The notes: generated by a model not told the origin, from the sequence alone. DNA of 64,000 nt from Gemmatimonadaceae bacterium (GCA_051859245.1 JBHYGA010000001.1:1213722-1277721); one strand, 5' to 3'; shown: positions 39,931-49,695, counted from the first letter of the stretch. Numbers and translations: made by a program.

Positions 39931-39973
39931 ATGGGGTTCAGGGGGTCGCGGGTTCGAATCCCGCCGTCCCGAT
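39931..39973 (+). repeat. att core copy 2
   Basis: Exact 43-bp copy of 27038-27080. Confidence 0.95.
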
Positions 39974-40182
39974 GTTTGGAAAGTGCTGATTTTGTTGACG
40001 TTACAGTCCCTCGCTCGGCTTTCGCTGAGCGGGGGATTGTGCGTTTATGGTGGTTGACTGTGCGAGTAGTGTGCGAAATCGAAAAGCTGTGCGAGAAGGC
40101 CGGTTAGCGAGGGCTCGCGAGCCGCTGCGCGGGAGGATACCGTAAGCCGTCCTTCACCTTCCTTTCACCAACAAGCGAACGC

Positions 40183-40776
40183 ATGTCGTTAGCCCCCACG
40201 CTTCAAGCTCCCGAGCCGGAAAAGGCTGGTCTGTGGCCCGTCTTTCTTGGAGCGTTGTTCACTTTCACTGGCTGCAGGCTCATGGCCGCGACGGATGACG
40301 GCTTCGGAACGACTCTGATCGGTGTGGCGCTGCTGTCTTGGGGCTCCTATCGGCGGTGGATCGGCCCAAAGCGTCGTCGTCAGGCGATGGAGCAGGAGCG
40401 CGAGACCGTTTTGAACGATCCCGCTCGACTGCAGCGCCTCGAAGCCTACGAGAATGGCTCGTGGTTTGAGTCAGTGAAGCATCAGGACTCGTTTCTCACG
40501 GCACCATGCACGTGGTACACGCCCACTCCCTCGGGGCAGATCAAAGAGCGGGACGCGGGCACCCTGAACGTCAACGCGAAGGGTCTACGACTTTCTGGAA
40601 GCGCGCGGTCGCTCGACCTTCCATTCACGCGAATCGTTGGTATCACTGCGAAGCGCGACGGGCTGGTCGTGGAGAAAACCACGGGGCCTCACCTAATCAT
40701 CGCCGTCGAGGATCCCATTGAGGTTGCGCTCGCGTGCCAAGCCGTGAGCAGAGCGCGAGTCGTTGGCAAAGTGTAG
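40183..40776 (+). CDS. Membrane protein with PH-like C-terminal domain
   Basis: Two TM segments; DAGTLNVNAKGLRLSG...LDLPFTRI. Confidence 0.55.
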   Translation: MSLAPTLQAPEPEKAGLWPVFLGALFTFTGCRLMAATDDGFGTTLIGVALLSWGSYRRWIGPKRRRQAMEQERETVLNDPARLQRLEAYENGSWFESVKHQDSFLTAPCTWYTPTPSGQIKERDAGTLNVNAKGLRLSGSARSLDLPFTRIVGITAKRDGLVVEKTTGPHLIIAVEDPIEVALACQAVSRARVVGKV

Positions 40777-40831
40777 CGCTCCGCGGGAGAGGTGATGCTA
40801 GCCCTTAGTCCCTCAAGTCGATGCGCGTACC

Positions 40832-41131
40832 CTACTCTGACAGCTCTGCCGCAGTACGCGCGTCCATCTCTCTCAGGAATGTTTTGTACGCCTCGGGGCC
40901 GGCGAGCGAAAGTGCCATTTCTCGCGTCATACCGTCTCTCGTGTGCGCTTCAAAAGTGATTCCGTTGTCCTCCCCTGTCGTGCTGAGGTGCGCGGCGAAT
41001 CCGGTGCTGAAGTCCCACGGAATCCCGTTTGGGTAGGCCGCGCACGTGCTGGTGAACGTGATCTTGTGTACGCAATAGACGCAGAGGCCGACTGGTCCGC
41101 CGCCCTCGTGAGGGTTTCGCTTTCGTTTCAT
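40832..41131 (-). CDS. Small Cys/His-motif phage-type protein
   Basis: CVYCVH......CAAYPNGIP........H......DNGITFE. Confidence 0.55.
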   Translation of the reverse strand: MKRKRNPHEGGGPVGLCVYCVHKITFTSTCAAYPNGIPWDFSTGFAAHLSTTGEDNGITFEAHTRDGMTREMALSLAGPEAYKTFLREMDARTAAELSE

Positions 41132-41232
41132 TTCGATCCTGTTGAAGTAGCAAGCCAGTTCCAAGTTGCGGCGCGTTCGCAAACTTTCTTCTTTTTTGAG
41201 TTCATTTCACACCTAGTCGGGCCGGAGAAGAA

Positions 41233-41934
41233 ATGCGCGAATACGTAGGTCGAATGACGGTCGATTGGATGCGTGAAATAGTTTTCGACGATCACGCCGA
41301 CTCAAGGAACGATTTCGCTTCAGCTCTCCCAGATGAAGTCACGGCCGCGGTGCAAGCGTTAAGCGACGTGTACGGGGCGTTCCAAGACGTCGTGGCTCGT
41401 TTCCCTTCCGGCGAACGCTCCGCTACTGTTTTCGGCTTTTTGCATGTCGCTAACAACAGCCTCGTTGGCGCGCTCAACTTGCTGATGTCCGGCTACCTCG
41501 TTCCGGCCGGCAACCTAATGAGGCATTTCGCGGAGGCCTCAGCCATGGCGCTGTTGTGTTCGGAACAGACGAACGGGACGCTCGAATCGTATAGAACGCA
41601 TGGAATGAAATATCCATTTCATCATTCCATCGATCGTGTCTCGAAGAAAAAAGTTATGCAGGCGCTGGGTATTGAGCGCGACGAGTGGGAATCATTCAAG
41701 AAGTCTGCGAAGTTCTATGATCTGCACAGTCACGCTTCTGATATGGCCGTTGCTGCGAATATCATCTTCGACAATCCAGGCATGGTGGTGATGGGTGGCC
41801 AGTTTGATCCCGGGAAAGTTGAGCATTACAGACTCGAAAGCGCACAGATCACCTTCGCATCCGTGACACTGCTCGGATTGATGTCAATCGTGGAACGCCA
41901 CCTTATGGCAGCGCAGGGGAATCCTGATTCTTGA
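41233..41934 (+). CDS. DUF5677-like (HEPN-related) protein
   Basis: LLMSGY..PA.NLMRHFAE ... FYDLHSHAS. Confidence 0.5.
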   Translation: MREYVGRMTVDWMREIVFDDHADSRNDFASALPDEVTAAVQALSDVYGAFQDVVARFPSGERSATVFGFLHVANNSLVGALNLLMSGYLVPAGNLMRHFAEASAMALLCSEQTNGTLESYRTHGMKYPFHHSIDRVSKKKVMQALGIERDEWESFKKSAKFYDLHSHASDMAVAANIIFDNPGMVVMGGQFDPGKVEHYRLESAQITFASVTLLGLMSIVERHLMAAQGNPDS

Positions 41935-41970
41935 GTCGCAAATAAGCACTCCCTAAGCGGGTCCACTCAT

Positions 41971-42840
41971 CTACGTCGGATCGGCGCCGTCGGCAGCTCT
42001 CACGCGCCATCTTCGCGTGTGCAACGCCGCCTTCGCTCCCGATATCTCTGCTCGCCACGCCGCAAGAACAGTCGTGACGGGGTCTTGAGACGCGGTGCGC
42101 ATGTCGCTCGCGGAGTATCCGGTGTAGCAGCGCAGCATGCGGTGCAGGTTGGACGGGGCCGACGCGCCAACGTGGGATGCGATGCGTTCAAACGATTCTC
42201 CATGCGCGCCAAGATACCAGGCGGTGTGAAGCAGGCACGCCCAGTTCGGCAGTCGGTGCGGGGCGAGGGTGGGACACAGGGAGTCCAACTGCCGTCGCAG
42301 CGTACGCTCGGACATGTGCAGGACTCGGGCGAGTGTTGGCACATCGCGAGCAGCGGGATTTAGTCGAACCGCCGCGACGAGCGCTCGAGTGGGCAGATCA
42401 TTGCATGAGCTGCCAATTCGTCCCACAAGAACCTCGGCTACCTTATTGTGTCGGACGGCTCGGAGCGCGTCGTGCAGCGCGAGCGGTGTGCCTTGGAGTT
42501 TGGTGACGACCAAGAGCGCATTTGGCGCGATTCGAGCGCCCCATTGATGTCTCTCGCCGGATGCGTCGGCCGGTAGAAGCAAAACAAACCGAGCCGCCGA
42601 CAGCACGCCCGATCCAGTCCGGTCGGCGTACTGCGCTTCGGCCCATGCAAGCGATGCAACAACGATCGCGCCGTGGGGCGGCGCATCGTTAGGAGCAATA
42701 AACTGCGAAGTGTTGACCACCACCTCGTAGTCCCAACCAGCCGCCGTTCGCACTCCGGCCAACTCCTCGTCGGAGAGGCCAAGCGTTTCAATGCGTTCGC
42801 GAACGTGGTTCGACGGACGGTCTCTACTCGACGAGCGCAT
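41971..42840 (-). CDS. AraC-type HTH regulator
   Basis: VPTLARVLHMSERTLRRQL...SFERIASHVG...SNLHRMLRCYTG. Confidence 0.75.
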   Translation of the reverse strand: MRSSSRDRPSNHVRERIETLGLSDEELAGVRTAAGWDYEVVVNTSQFIAPNDAPPHGAIVVASLAWAEAQYADRTGSGVLSAARFVLLLPADASGERHQWGARIAPNALLVVTKLQGTPLALHDALRAVRHNKVAEVLVGRIGSSCNDLPTRALVAAVRLNPAARDVPTLARVLHMSERTLRRQLDSLCPTLAPHRLPNWACLLHTAWYLGAHGESFERIASHVGASAPSNLHRMLRCYTGYSASDMRTASQDPVTTVLAAWRAEISGAKAALHTRRWRVRAADGADPT

Positions 42841-44107
42841 TCACCGTTTGGGTCGGAATCCCGATCACTGGCTCAAGGCAAGCGAGCCGAGCGAGCGCAA
42901 CGGAGACCGCCGTGCTCGCTGATGCATCAGATCGCACCATGGCACCAGCAGCGAGAGAGTCGCGCAGCTGATCGACGCGCTGCACATCAAGCAACCTGTT
43001 GGCTGCCCAACCCACCGATTCGTTGCGCGACTGAAGAACGTCGACATCGATTCTGAGTTCGCCAATTAACCGATTCGCCTGATGGTGCTCGCCGAGAAAA
43101 AAGTACGCCTCGAGCGCGTCAAAGCGCGCGTGCAAACGCTCCCACTGTTCGTTCGCGTTCTGCGCCTCTACCAAGAGTGCCTCGACGTGGTGGAGCACGT
43201 CGTTCCGCGTCTCGCTGCGAGTGTCGGCTAGGTGCCACGCATCCAAGGCTGCGCGCAACAAACCTGATAGCGCCGGACGCCGGACGCGCATGGTGCGCGC
43301 GAAGGAGAGTACGACGTTAAATCCTCGCTGCGCTGCACCCAGCTGCCCGCGCAAAAGCGCGAGGTGACTGAGTTCGACGAGCGCCATTCCGCGTCGCTCG
43401 TCTCGCTCGTCAACGAGATCATGTGCATGCCAAGCGTATCGCAGCGCCGCCTCAGTCCGGCCCCGTTTTCGATTCATCACCGCGAGCGTGAGCAGTGCGG
43501 CGACGAGGGCATAAGTCGGCACGACCGCGTGATTCATTGCAACGAGTCGGGAGAAGCGCTCGGCCGTCACGCTGTCATCACGAAACTGCGCGCAAGCGGC
43601 GAGTCCCTGGATGCACGCGCCCCATGCATCGCGGTGACGCGCGCCATTGGCGCGAGCGAGACCACGCTGATACCAGTCCACGGCTGCGTCGATCTCGCCG
43701 CGCTGGCGCGCCAACCGTCCGCGTCGCGCACACACAAGCGCAAGAAACTCCGCTGCGTCCGGCGCGGGAAGTTGCGGTGGCACTTTGGACTCAAGACGAT
43801 CGAGTACGTCGCGCGCGCCGTCGACGTCGCCGACGAAGTCGAGGGCAGAAGCGATACGAAGCCAACGATAGGGAGCTCGTGGCGCCATCTCCTGAGAAAC
43901 GTCCGGCGGCATTGCGGGCACGTGGGCAAACAGCGCTTCCTCGAGCCACGCGGGCGGCGGCGCGCCAGGTCCGACGCCGTCAAACCATGCGAGGGCGAGG
44001 CGAAGTAGTTCACGCACGCCGCCGGAGTCGGACGGCGCGGTGTAGCGGTCTTTCGTGCGAATGCGAGTCACAAAGTAGACGTTGACGCAGCGACTGCATA
44101 TGCGCAA
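42824..44107 (-). CDS. TPR-repeat protein
   Basis: RGRLARQRGEIDAAVDWYQRG; LAVMNRKRGRTEAALRYAW; LSHLALLRGQLGAAQRGF; start uncertain. Confidence 0.7.
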   Translation of the reverse strand: MRICSRCVNVYFVTRIRTKDRYTAPSDSGGVRELLRLALAWFDGVGPGAPPPAWLEEALFAHVPAMPPDVSQEMAPRAPYRWLRIASALDFVGDVDGARDVLDRLESKVPPQLPAPDAAEFLALVCARRGRLARQRGEIDAAVDWYQRGLARANGARHRDAWGACIQGLAACAQFRDDSVTAERFSRLVAMNHAVVPTYALVAALLTLAVMNRKRGRTEAALRYAWHAHDLVDERDERRGMALVELSHLALLRGQLGAAQRGFNVVLSFARTMRVRRPALSGLLRAALDAWHLADTRSETRNDVLHHVEALLVEAQNANEQWERLHARFDALEAYFFLGEHHQANRLIGELRIDVDVLQSRNESVGWAANRLLDVQRVDQLRDSLAAGAMVRSDASASTAVSVALARLACLEPVIGIPTQTVNALVE

Positions 44108-44576
44108 GTAGGCTCAACAAAGTGCAGTGGACGGAGGAAAACTTGTCCGATTCTGATATTGCTGGACGGAGGTTCGCAGAAGACCTTGTCGTCTACTTCG
44201 CCGGGAAGCGCTATGGACTATCGCATTTCTGGAGGTACGAGTGACGATCAATGATAGACCTGTCGCACAACTCGGACTGGTTCTTGCCGCAGTGCCGGCG
44301 AACATAGTTCTGCGGACGCCGGATCAGAAGCGTCGAGGCCGCCAACCCGCACCGGATGTCTGTTAGCAAAGCTACTTGGAACTGTCGCGTAGGCAGCCGC
44401 AGCCCTTCCTCGCAACGCAATGTCAAGCGTTGGTCTTCAATGACTTGTTCGCATTGATGCAAAAGATCGCATCTCAGTTTGCCGTTCCTTCCATTCGCGG
44501 CGGTGCTGTAGTGAACGCGTTGTGGCATGCGATTCGCTACCTGCCCGTCCTCACCCACACGCCAGCCAGAGCGCTC

Positions 44577-45704
44577 ATGACTACCATGTCTCATCACGCC
44601 GCAGCACGGACGCTACTCGGCATATCGCTCGTGCTAGCATTCCTATCAGGATGCGACACCGACAGCGCAGTTGCACCAGTGGAACCGCCACCACCATCCG
44701 TCGCACCAAGTCAGGCGCCGCCCGCGCTAATGGCCATGCAGCACTCGAACGCCAACAGCTGCACAGTGCACCTCAATCCCTCGCGAGCAACACGAACGGA
44801 AACGCGCTTGGCGCTGCCGGAGCGCTCGCGACGCGCAGCGCCCGGCAAGCCGCTGTCCCGAATGCAGTTTCTCCGGTGGGACGGTGTGTCCAAGCAGCCT
44901 AGCGCGCTCATTGACTGCGTCATCCCGAAAGACAGTCTCGCCGTTGAAGCGCTGAAGGACTACTTCCTCCGCGATGAAGGGGCTGCCATCGGACAGCGCT
45001 CCCGGACAAGTTCCGCCCTCAACTCCGATGCGAGCGCGCTTGCGAACACGTTCTACGATGGCATGACGTGCTGGTACGATCCGTGGCTTAACGACTTTGA
45101 CTGCGACGGTATAGACTGCACCGCGAATGGTAGCGCGATGGTGGCCGGCGTGAGCCAGATCAATTCGGCTGCTGCGTCGGGAGGGCAAACTAGCGCGACG
45201 CAAGAGCCGAGCGGTCAGTACATCTGTGAAAACGGTTGCACACTCTGGGCAGATGGAATGGGTGGCGTGGGATTCAATTGCCCTGAGGATGACGGTGACG
45301 GGGAGGGTGGTGGTGGGGGGGGAGGTGGCAATCCTGGCCCCGCGCCTGATGAACCCGATGTGGATCCCGCTGGTCTTTGCTCGGACCTGATTGATTCGGT
45401 CGTTGAAGGATCGATGATCGAGTGCGGAGTGGGTCCGGATCCGATCCTAGTGAAGGCGGCAGTTCTCAGGTTATGTCCGCCGACCGCGGTTGGAGTGGTG
45501 ATTCACCCGCAATCACTTCAGACAGTCAGCTTTAGCCTCACACGAGCACCGTCTGGTATCAGGTCGAAATCGTTCGGTGGCGTAGTGCGATATGACGTTG
45601 CCGAATACCGCGGTACCATCTCTCTGGGTGGCGTACCCTCAACTATGCGCGGATCAGTATGGTGCAGCGTTGGAGTTGGCATCTTTGAGCCGGTTCCGAC
45701 TTAG
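44577..45704 (+). CDS. Cys-rich lipoprotein with poly-Gly linker
   Basis: Lipobox LSGC; paired Cys clusters; DGEGGGGGGGGNPGP. Confidence 0.7.
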   Translation: MTTMSHHAAARTLLGISLVLAFLSGCDTDSAVAPVEPPPPSVAPSQAPPALMAMQHSNANSCTVHLNPSRATRTETRLALPERSRRAAPGKPLSRMQFLRWDGVSKQPSALIDCVIPKDSLAVEALKDYFLRDEGAAIGQRSRTSSALNSDASALANTFYDGMTCWYDPWLNDFDCDGIDCTANGSAMVAGVSQINSAAASGGQTSATQEPSGQYICENGCTLWADGMGGVGFNCPEDDGDGEGGGGGGGGNPGPAPDEPDVDPAGLCSDLIDSVVEGSMIECGVGPDPILVKAAVLRLCPPTAVGVVIHPQSLQTVSFSLTRAPSGIRSKSFGGVVRYDVAEYRGTISLGGVPSTMRGSVWCSVGVGIFEPVPT

Positions 45705-45785
45705 AACAGTTACGTTTACTGAACTGGCCGTTAAGTTGCCGCGCGCCCATACTATCTTTTTCGCAGCCATTCGGTCTGATGACAC

Positions 45786-46121
45786 ATGTATCCTTCAATC
45801 GACGTTAGCGCTATCCATGCGGGGGCGAGACTTCTACTCGAATTGCAAGATCGACTGCTAGAGCCCATCTCCGACCCCTCTGACCTTTTGTTTCGACGAG
45901 ATATCCAAGGTCTCGCAGGCAGACTATCCGACTCGGACGAGGAAGAGTGGTCGTCGGGTGCGATGCGCTCGGTGCTCTCACCGTTGGATGTTGGAGTAGT
46001 GGAGAAATGCGAGAGGATTCTTTCGTCGACTCACGGCGAAGGCCATCCATCATGGAGCATCGCAGCGGCCAGTGGGCTTGTCGATCTTCGGCTAGAGCTA
46101 ATACGCTACATGCAGTTGTGA
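45786..46121 (+). CDS. Small helical hypothetical protein
   Basis: ATG ORF 81 nt after the lipoprotein. Confidence 0.45.
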   Translation: MYPSIDVSAIHAGARLLLELQDRLLEPISDPSDLLFRRDIQGLAGRLSDSDEEEWSSGAMRSVLSPLDVGVVEKCERILSSTHGEGHPSWSIAAASGLVDLRLELIRYMQL

Positions 46122-46446
46122 CCAAGTGCATGAGAAATGCAAAATCGTGAGGAAATGCCTGCGCGGTGGTCTAGGAACAGGTTCTTGTCGGGCTCGCTCC
46201 GGAGGTTTCGACGTACCACAGCACGCGACGGTGTGCGCCGGCCCAACAGTGTGTCTGTTTACACCTAGGTCGCCGGAGCAGGTAGCCGCTCTAGACGTGC
46301 GGTGGCGCGTCTTGGCGAATCTCATGAGCGCTGGTGCGCGGCTGGTTCGGGATTGTAGATCGAGCGCGGCGCCTTCCTCAGGTACGACTTTCTCTTCGAC
46401 GACCACGACTCAGCGTGGCGTTTCCCGCGAAGATTTCCGGTGCGCT

Positions 46447-46727
46447 GGGGGACGATCGGGGGACGATCTTTAAGCTGGGGGACGATATTTCACCCCAAAA
46501 CCGCGAACCTTCTTTGCGAACTCAGCAGTGGAAGTCGTTGTTAATGAACACTTTCCACGTTCACGCAAAAACCAGTTTCGCGTCTGATTCGCATGGGGTT
46601 CAGGGGGTCGCGGGTTCGAATCCCGCCGTCCCGATGTTTGCAAAGTGAAGTGAAATAGAGATTTAAGTCAGACTCCCGGCCCCGAGGCGCACTGCGTTTT
46701 CGGGGCCGGGGTACGTTTGGGGGACGA
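46447..46727 (+). repeat. att core copy 3 (46593-46635) flanked by GGGGGACGA arm-type repeats
   Basis: GGGGGACGAT at 46447, 46458, 46477; GGGGTACGT 46708; GGGGGACGA 46719. Confidence 0.85.
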
Positions 46728-46848
46728 AGTTACAGCAGCGCCAGGCTTCTCGCGTTGCGATCAGAGAGGGCGCCGAGAAATCCGACACGGCGAGTTGGCT
46801 GACATTTTCAGCGCTCCGTCGACGCACAGTGGACGTTCGCTCGCGCCG

Positions 46849-47595
46849 CTAACCACCATAGCGCTCTGTCTTGATATTTGACGCGTCCAAGCCGGCCAGC
46901 AGCACGGCGTCGGTCGCGATGTTGACAAAGCGATTTGACCCGCAGACGAATACGTGGGCGGGCAGTTGAGGAAGCCGTGTTAGCATTTCCTGAACCATCA
47001 CGCCGTCAATCCGTCGTGCAAAGTCCGATGCGCAGGTTGGGCGCTCGCGCGTAATCGCGAGCGCCAGCACGAACGCCGGATCGCTGGTTGCGATGGAAAG
47101 CAACTCTTCTGCAAACAAAACGTCACTCGCCGTTCGCGCGGAGAGGAGCAACGCTGTCGGCACGGACTGGGCCGTATCGCGGCGTTGCCGGATCATTGCC
47201 ATCAACGGCACGAGGCCGGAGCCTGCACCGATCAACAGCACTGGGCCTCCAGCAGGATCAGGCCATAAGAAATGGCCGCCCAGCGGACCGCGAAGCTCGA
47301 TCTCGTCGCCGATCGCCGCGACATCGTGAAAGAACGGCGACACTTCGCCGTCCGCGAGGCGCTCGATGGCGAGCTCGATAATCGGGGACGAGCGTGTCGA
47401 CGACGCGATCGAATAACTGCGCATCGCACGGTAGCCATCAGGCGCGGTCAGTCGGACGTCGACGTGTTGCCCTGCGATATGCACGAACGGATTGCGCAGC
47501 CGAAGGAAGAAGCTCTTGATGCGTGGAGTTTGCTGGACGATGTCGTCGATGACACATGACTGCCACGATGCGATGTGTGCGCTGCGCTCAGTCAT
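46849..47595 (-). CDS. Ferredoxin-NAD(P) reductase-like oxidoreductase
   Basis: AGQHVDVRL, RSYSIAS, GEVS, LRGPLGG, GAGSGLVP, VCGS. Confidence 0.9.
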   Translation of the reverse strand: MTERSAHIASWQSCVIDDIVQQTPRIKSFFLRLRNPFVHIAGQHVDVRLTAPDGYRAMRSYSIASSTRSSPIIELAIERLADGEVSPFFHDVAAIGDEIELRGPLGGHFLWPDPAGGPVLLIGAGSGLVPLMAMIRQRRDTAQSVPTALLLSARTASDVLFAEELLSIATSDPAFVLALAITRERPTCASDFARRIDGVMVQEMLTRLPQLPAHVFVCGSNRFVNIATDAVLLAGLDASNIKTERYGG

Positions 47596-48193
47596 GGGTG
47601 TATCGTTGCTCACGCCACGGATCGCCGTACATGTGATATCCGCGTAGCTCCCAGAAGCCAGCCTCGTCGCGCGTTGTGAACTGCAACGCATTCACCCATT
47701 TGGCGGACTTCCAGAAGTAGAGGTGCGGCACCAGCAGACGCGCGGGCCCACCATGATCGCGTGAGAGCGGCTCGCCTGCATAGTTGAGGGCGACCATCGC
47801 TTTTGCGGAGAGCAGATCAGTCAGCGGCACGTTCGTCGAATAACCATCGTAGCAGAGCGCCAACACAAACTCGGTGGGCCGCTCGAGTCCTGCGTCAGCC
47901 AGGATGTCTTCGATGAGTACGCCCTCCCACTCGGTATTCAGCTTGGACCAAGCGGTGACGCAGTGAATGTCCTTGGTGACTTTCGTTTTCGGCAAGGTGT
48001 TGAACTCGTCCCAGCTCCACACCTTGACGGGCTTCGGGCCGATCTTGACGGTGAACTTCCAATCCGCAGTGTCCACGGTTGGCGCTGGCCCCGCGGACAG
48101 AACAGGGAAATCCTCCACGAGATGCTGACCTGGCGGAATACGATCGGGGTGCTCGCCGCTTCTCGCGCGGCCGGTGAAGCCTCTGGTTACCAC
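47588..48193 (-). CDS. Sulfite-oxidase-like molybdopterin oxidoreductase (YedY/YuiH type)
   Basis: RIPPGQ, DIHCVTAWSK, HGGPARLLVPHLYFWKSAKW, GFWE..GYH. Confidence 0.9.
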   Translation of the reverse strand: MVTRGFTGRARSGEHPDRIPPGQHLVEDFPVLSAGPAPTVDTADWKFTVKIGPKPVKVWSWDEFNTLPKTKVTKDIHCVTAWSKLNTEWEGVLIEDILADAGLERPTEFVLALCYDGYSTNVPLTDLLSAKAMVALNYAGEPLSRDHGGPARLLVPHLYFWKSAKWVNALQFTTRDEAGFWELRGYHMYGDPWREQRYTHD

Positions 48194-48347
48194 AGCGAAC
48201 CTCCTGGCTCGTCACGGCAGAACGTAGCCTGTCGTGTGCATATGATGGTGAATATCGGGTGGACGGTTGCAGCGCGCCGTCCGAGAGTATCGCATGCTGA
48301 ATCACACGATCCCCTACCGCGAACGCCTGGTTGTCAGCGACGGGTTC

Positions 48348-48542
48348 TCACCGCTTTCGCTCGTTCTGCGCTCGATCCGACGTTGGCAACGTTGCCCAGG
48401 TCGATGATCCGCTCAGGTTCCGGTTCGTGTCCGCGTCACCGAGATCGGCGTGCTCCTCAGACTCGCGACGCAGCTCCGCCTGCAGATCCGCTTCAGTATC
48501 CGCCAGCGGCTCCGCGTTGTTTCTCTTTGGATCGGGTTTCAT
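48348..48542 (-). CDS. Small hydrophilic protein
   Basis: Strong RBS GGAGGT. Confidence 0.5.
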   Translation of the reverse strand: MKPDPKRNNAEPLADTEADLQAELRRESEEHADLGDADTNRNLSGSSTWATLPTSDRAQNERKR

Positions 48543-48587
48543 TTCTACCTCCGGTAATGGGATTGGGGGTGGGACTGCAGCTGCAGT

Positions 48588-49574
48588 TCAGACTCCTTGG
48601 TAAATCAGTCGAGTAAAGAATGCTGGCCCGATGATGGGCCAGCTCCACGCAGCGTCGAAGTCCGCTGTCGGCCGAGCCGCGACCGCCTGTTCGATCGTTC
48701 GACCCTGCTGTTTCAGTGAGGCCACTTGCTCGCGCGTGGTCACCAACATGTCGCGATATCGCTGTAGCTCTGTGCGTCCTCCCACAGCGCCGTGTCCGGG
48801 CACGAATATGGTCTGGGTCGTCGCTCGCGCGAGATTCCTTTCGGCCGCGGCGATCATGCCGTCAATGCCGCCACCAGTGGAGTAGTCGATGAACGGGTAG
48901 ACGCCGTTCCACCAGGTGTCGCCGAGATGCACGACGTCGACGTCGGGAAGATCGACGAGCAAATCTGAGTCCGTGTGCGCGGGCGCGTACTGGCTAACAA
49001 CGATTTGTCGGCGCCCGAAGTTCAGAATCTCCTCACCGCTCAGCAGCTTCGTCGGTCTGGCCGCCAACGGCGCTGCAGGAAAGGTGAAGTCCCAGTCCTT
49101 CACCGTCGTCGCGATCGAGAGATGGTGCAAGGTGTTGACCTGGCCCGAAAGCTCGGCGCCTCGTTCGCGCATCCACGCGTTGGCGTCGGTGTGATCGAAA
49201 TGCCAATGGGTGTTCACAACCTGACGGATCGGCGCACGACTCACGGTGGCAACGGCCGCCGCAACTTTTGCGCCGACGATCCCCGAGTCGACAAGCAATA
49301 CTCCATCCGCCTCCGTCACGGCAAGCACGTTGCCGCCGGAGCCGGACAGCACGAAGAGCCCGTCGCGTAGCGCCTGCACCTTTATCGGATCTTGAGCGGC
49401 CGCGGCCCGGATCGCCTGCACCGGGCCGTCCTTCGTGGGAAGGCGGAGTGCTCTGTACTCTGCACCCGTCAGTTGCCGCGGCGCGAGCCACGCCGCCGCA
49501 GCGAAAGTGGCGGACACGCCGAGGAAGCGGCGGCGTGAGAGCGTGAGTCTATCGGTGGGCGTGGGATTCGTCAT
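48588..49574 (-). CDS. Tat-exported MBL-fold metallohydrolase (cyclase-like)
   Basis: SRRRFLG signal; NTHWHFDHT, AHTDSD, HLGD, PGHG. Confidence 0.88.
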   Translation of the reverse strand: MTNPTPTDRLTLSRRRFLGVSATFAAAAWLAPRQLTGAEYRALRLPTKDGPVQAIRAAAAQDPIKVQALRDGLFVLSGSGGNVLAVTEADGVLLVDSGIVGAKVAAAVATVSRAPIRQVVNTHWHFDHTDANAWMRERGAELSGQVNTLHHLSIATTVKDWDFTFPAAPLAARPTKLLSGEEILNFGRRQIVVSQYAPAHTDSDLLVDLPDVDVVHLGDTWWNGVYPFIDYSTGGGIDGMIAAAERNLARATTQTIFVPGHGAVGGRTELQRYRDMLVTTREQVASLKQQGRTIEQAVAARPTADFDAAWSWPIIGPAFFTRLIYQGV

Positions 49575-49695
49575 GGCTCGTCCGTGGGAAGGAGTAACGA
49601 TGCGATTCAGCGCCGGCGACCGGAGTGTCGTCTGCACGACCGTGGTAAATGGTCGCATTGCAGAACGGTGGGCGCGTCTGTCCTCTGGACGATCA

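Larger units (their letters stand above)
27038..39973. mobile_element. Integrated phage-satellite-like element (12.9 kb)
   Basis: 43-bp direct repeats, intact tyrosine integrase, excisionase-like HTH, primase, DUF3631; no capsid/portal/TerL/tail genes. Confidence 0.88.
39931..46635. mobile_element. Second tandem island (6.7 kb, integrase-less)
   Basis: Bounded by att copies 2 and 3; lower-GC cargo; arm-type repeats at both ends. Confidence 0.75.

Noticed and set aside
27038..39973. Complete prophage or ICE
   Set aside because: No capsid, portal, TerL, tail, lysis, relaxase or T4SS genes seen
39931..39973. Extra tRNA-Pro genes here and at 46593
   Set aside because: Only the 3' halves are present; these are att duplications
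46098..46473. Integrase remnant for island 2
   Set aside because: No tyrosine-recombinase motifs in the listed frames
46447..46486. CRISPR-like array
   Set aside because: 10-bp units with 1-9-nt gaps and no cas genes; no CRISPR array seen in the window
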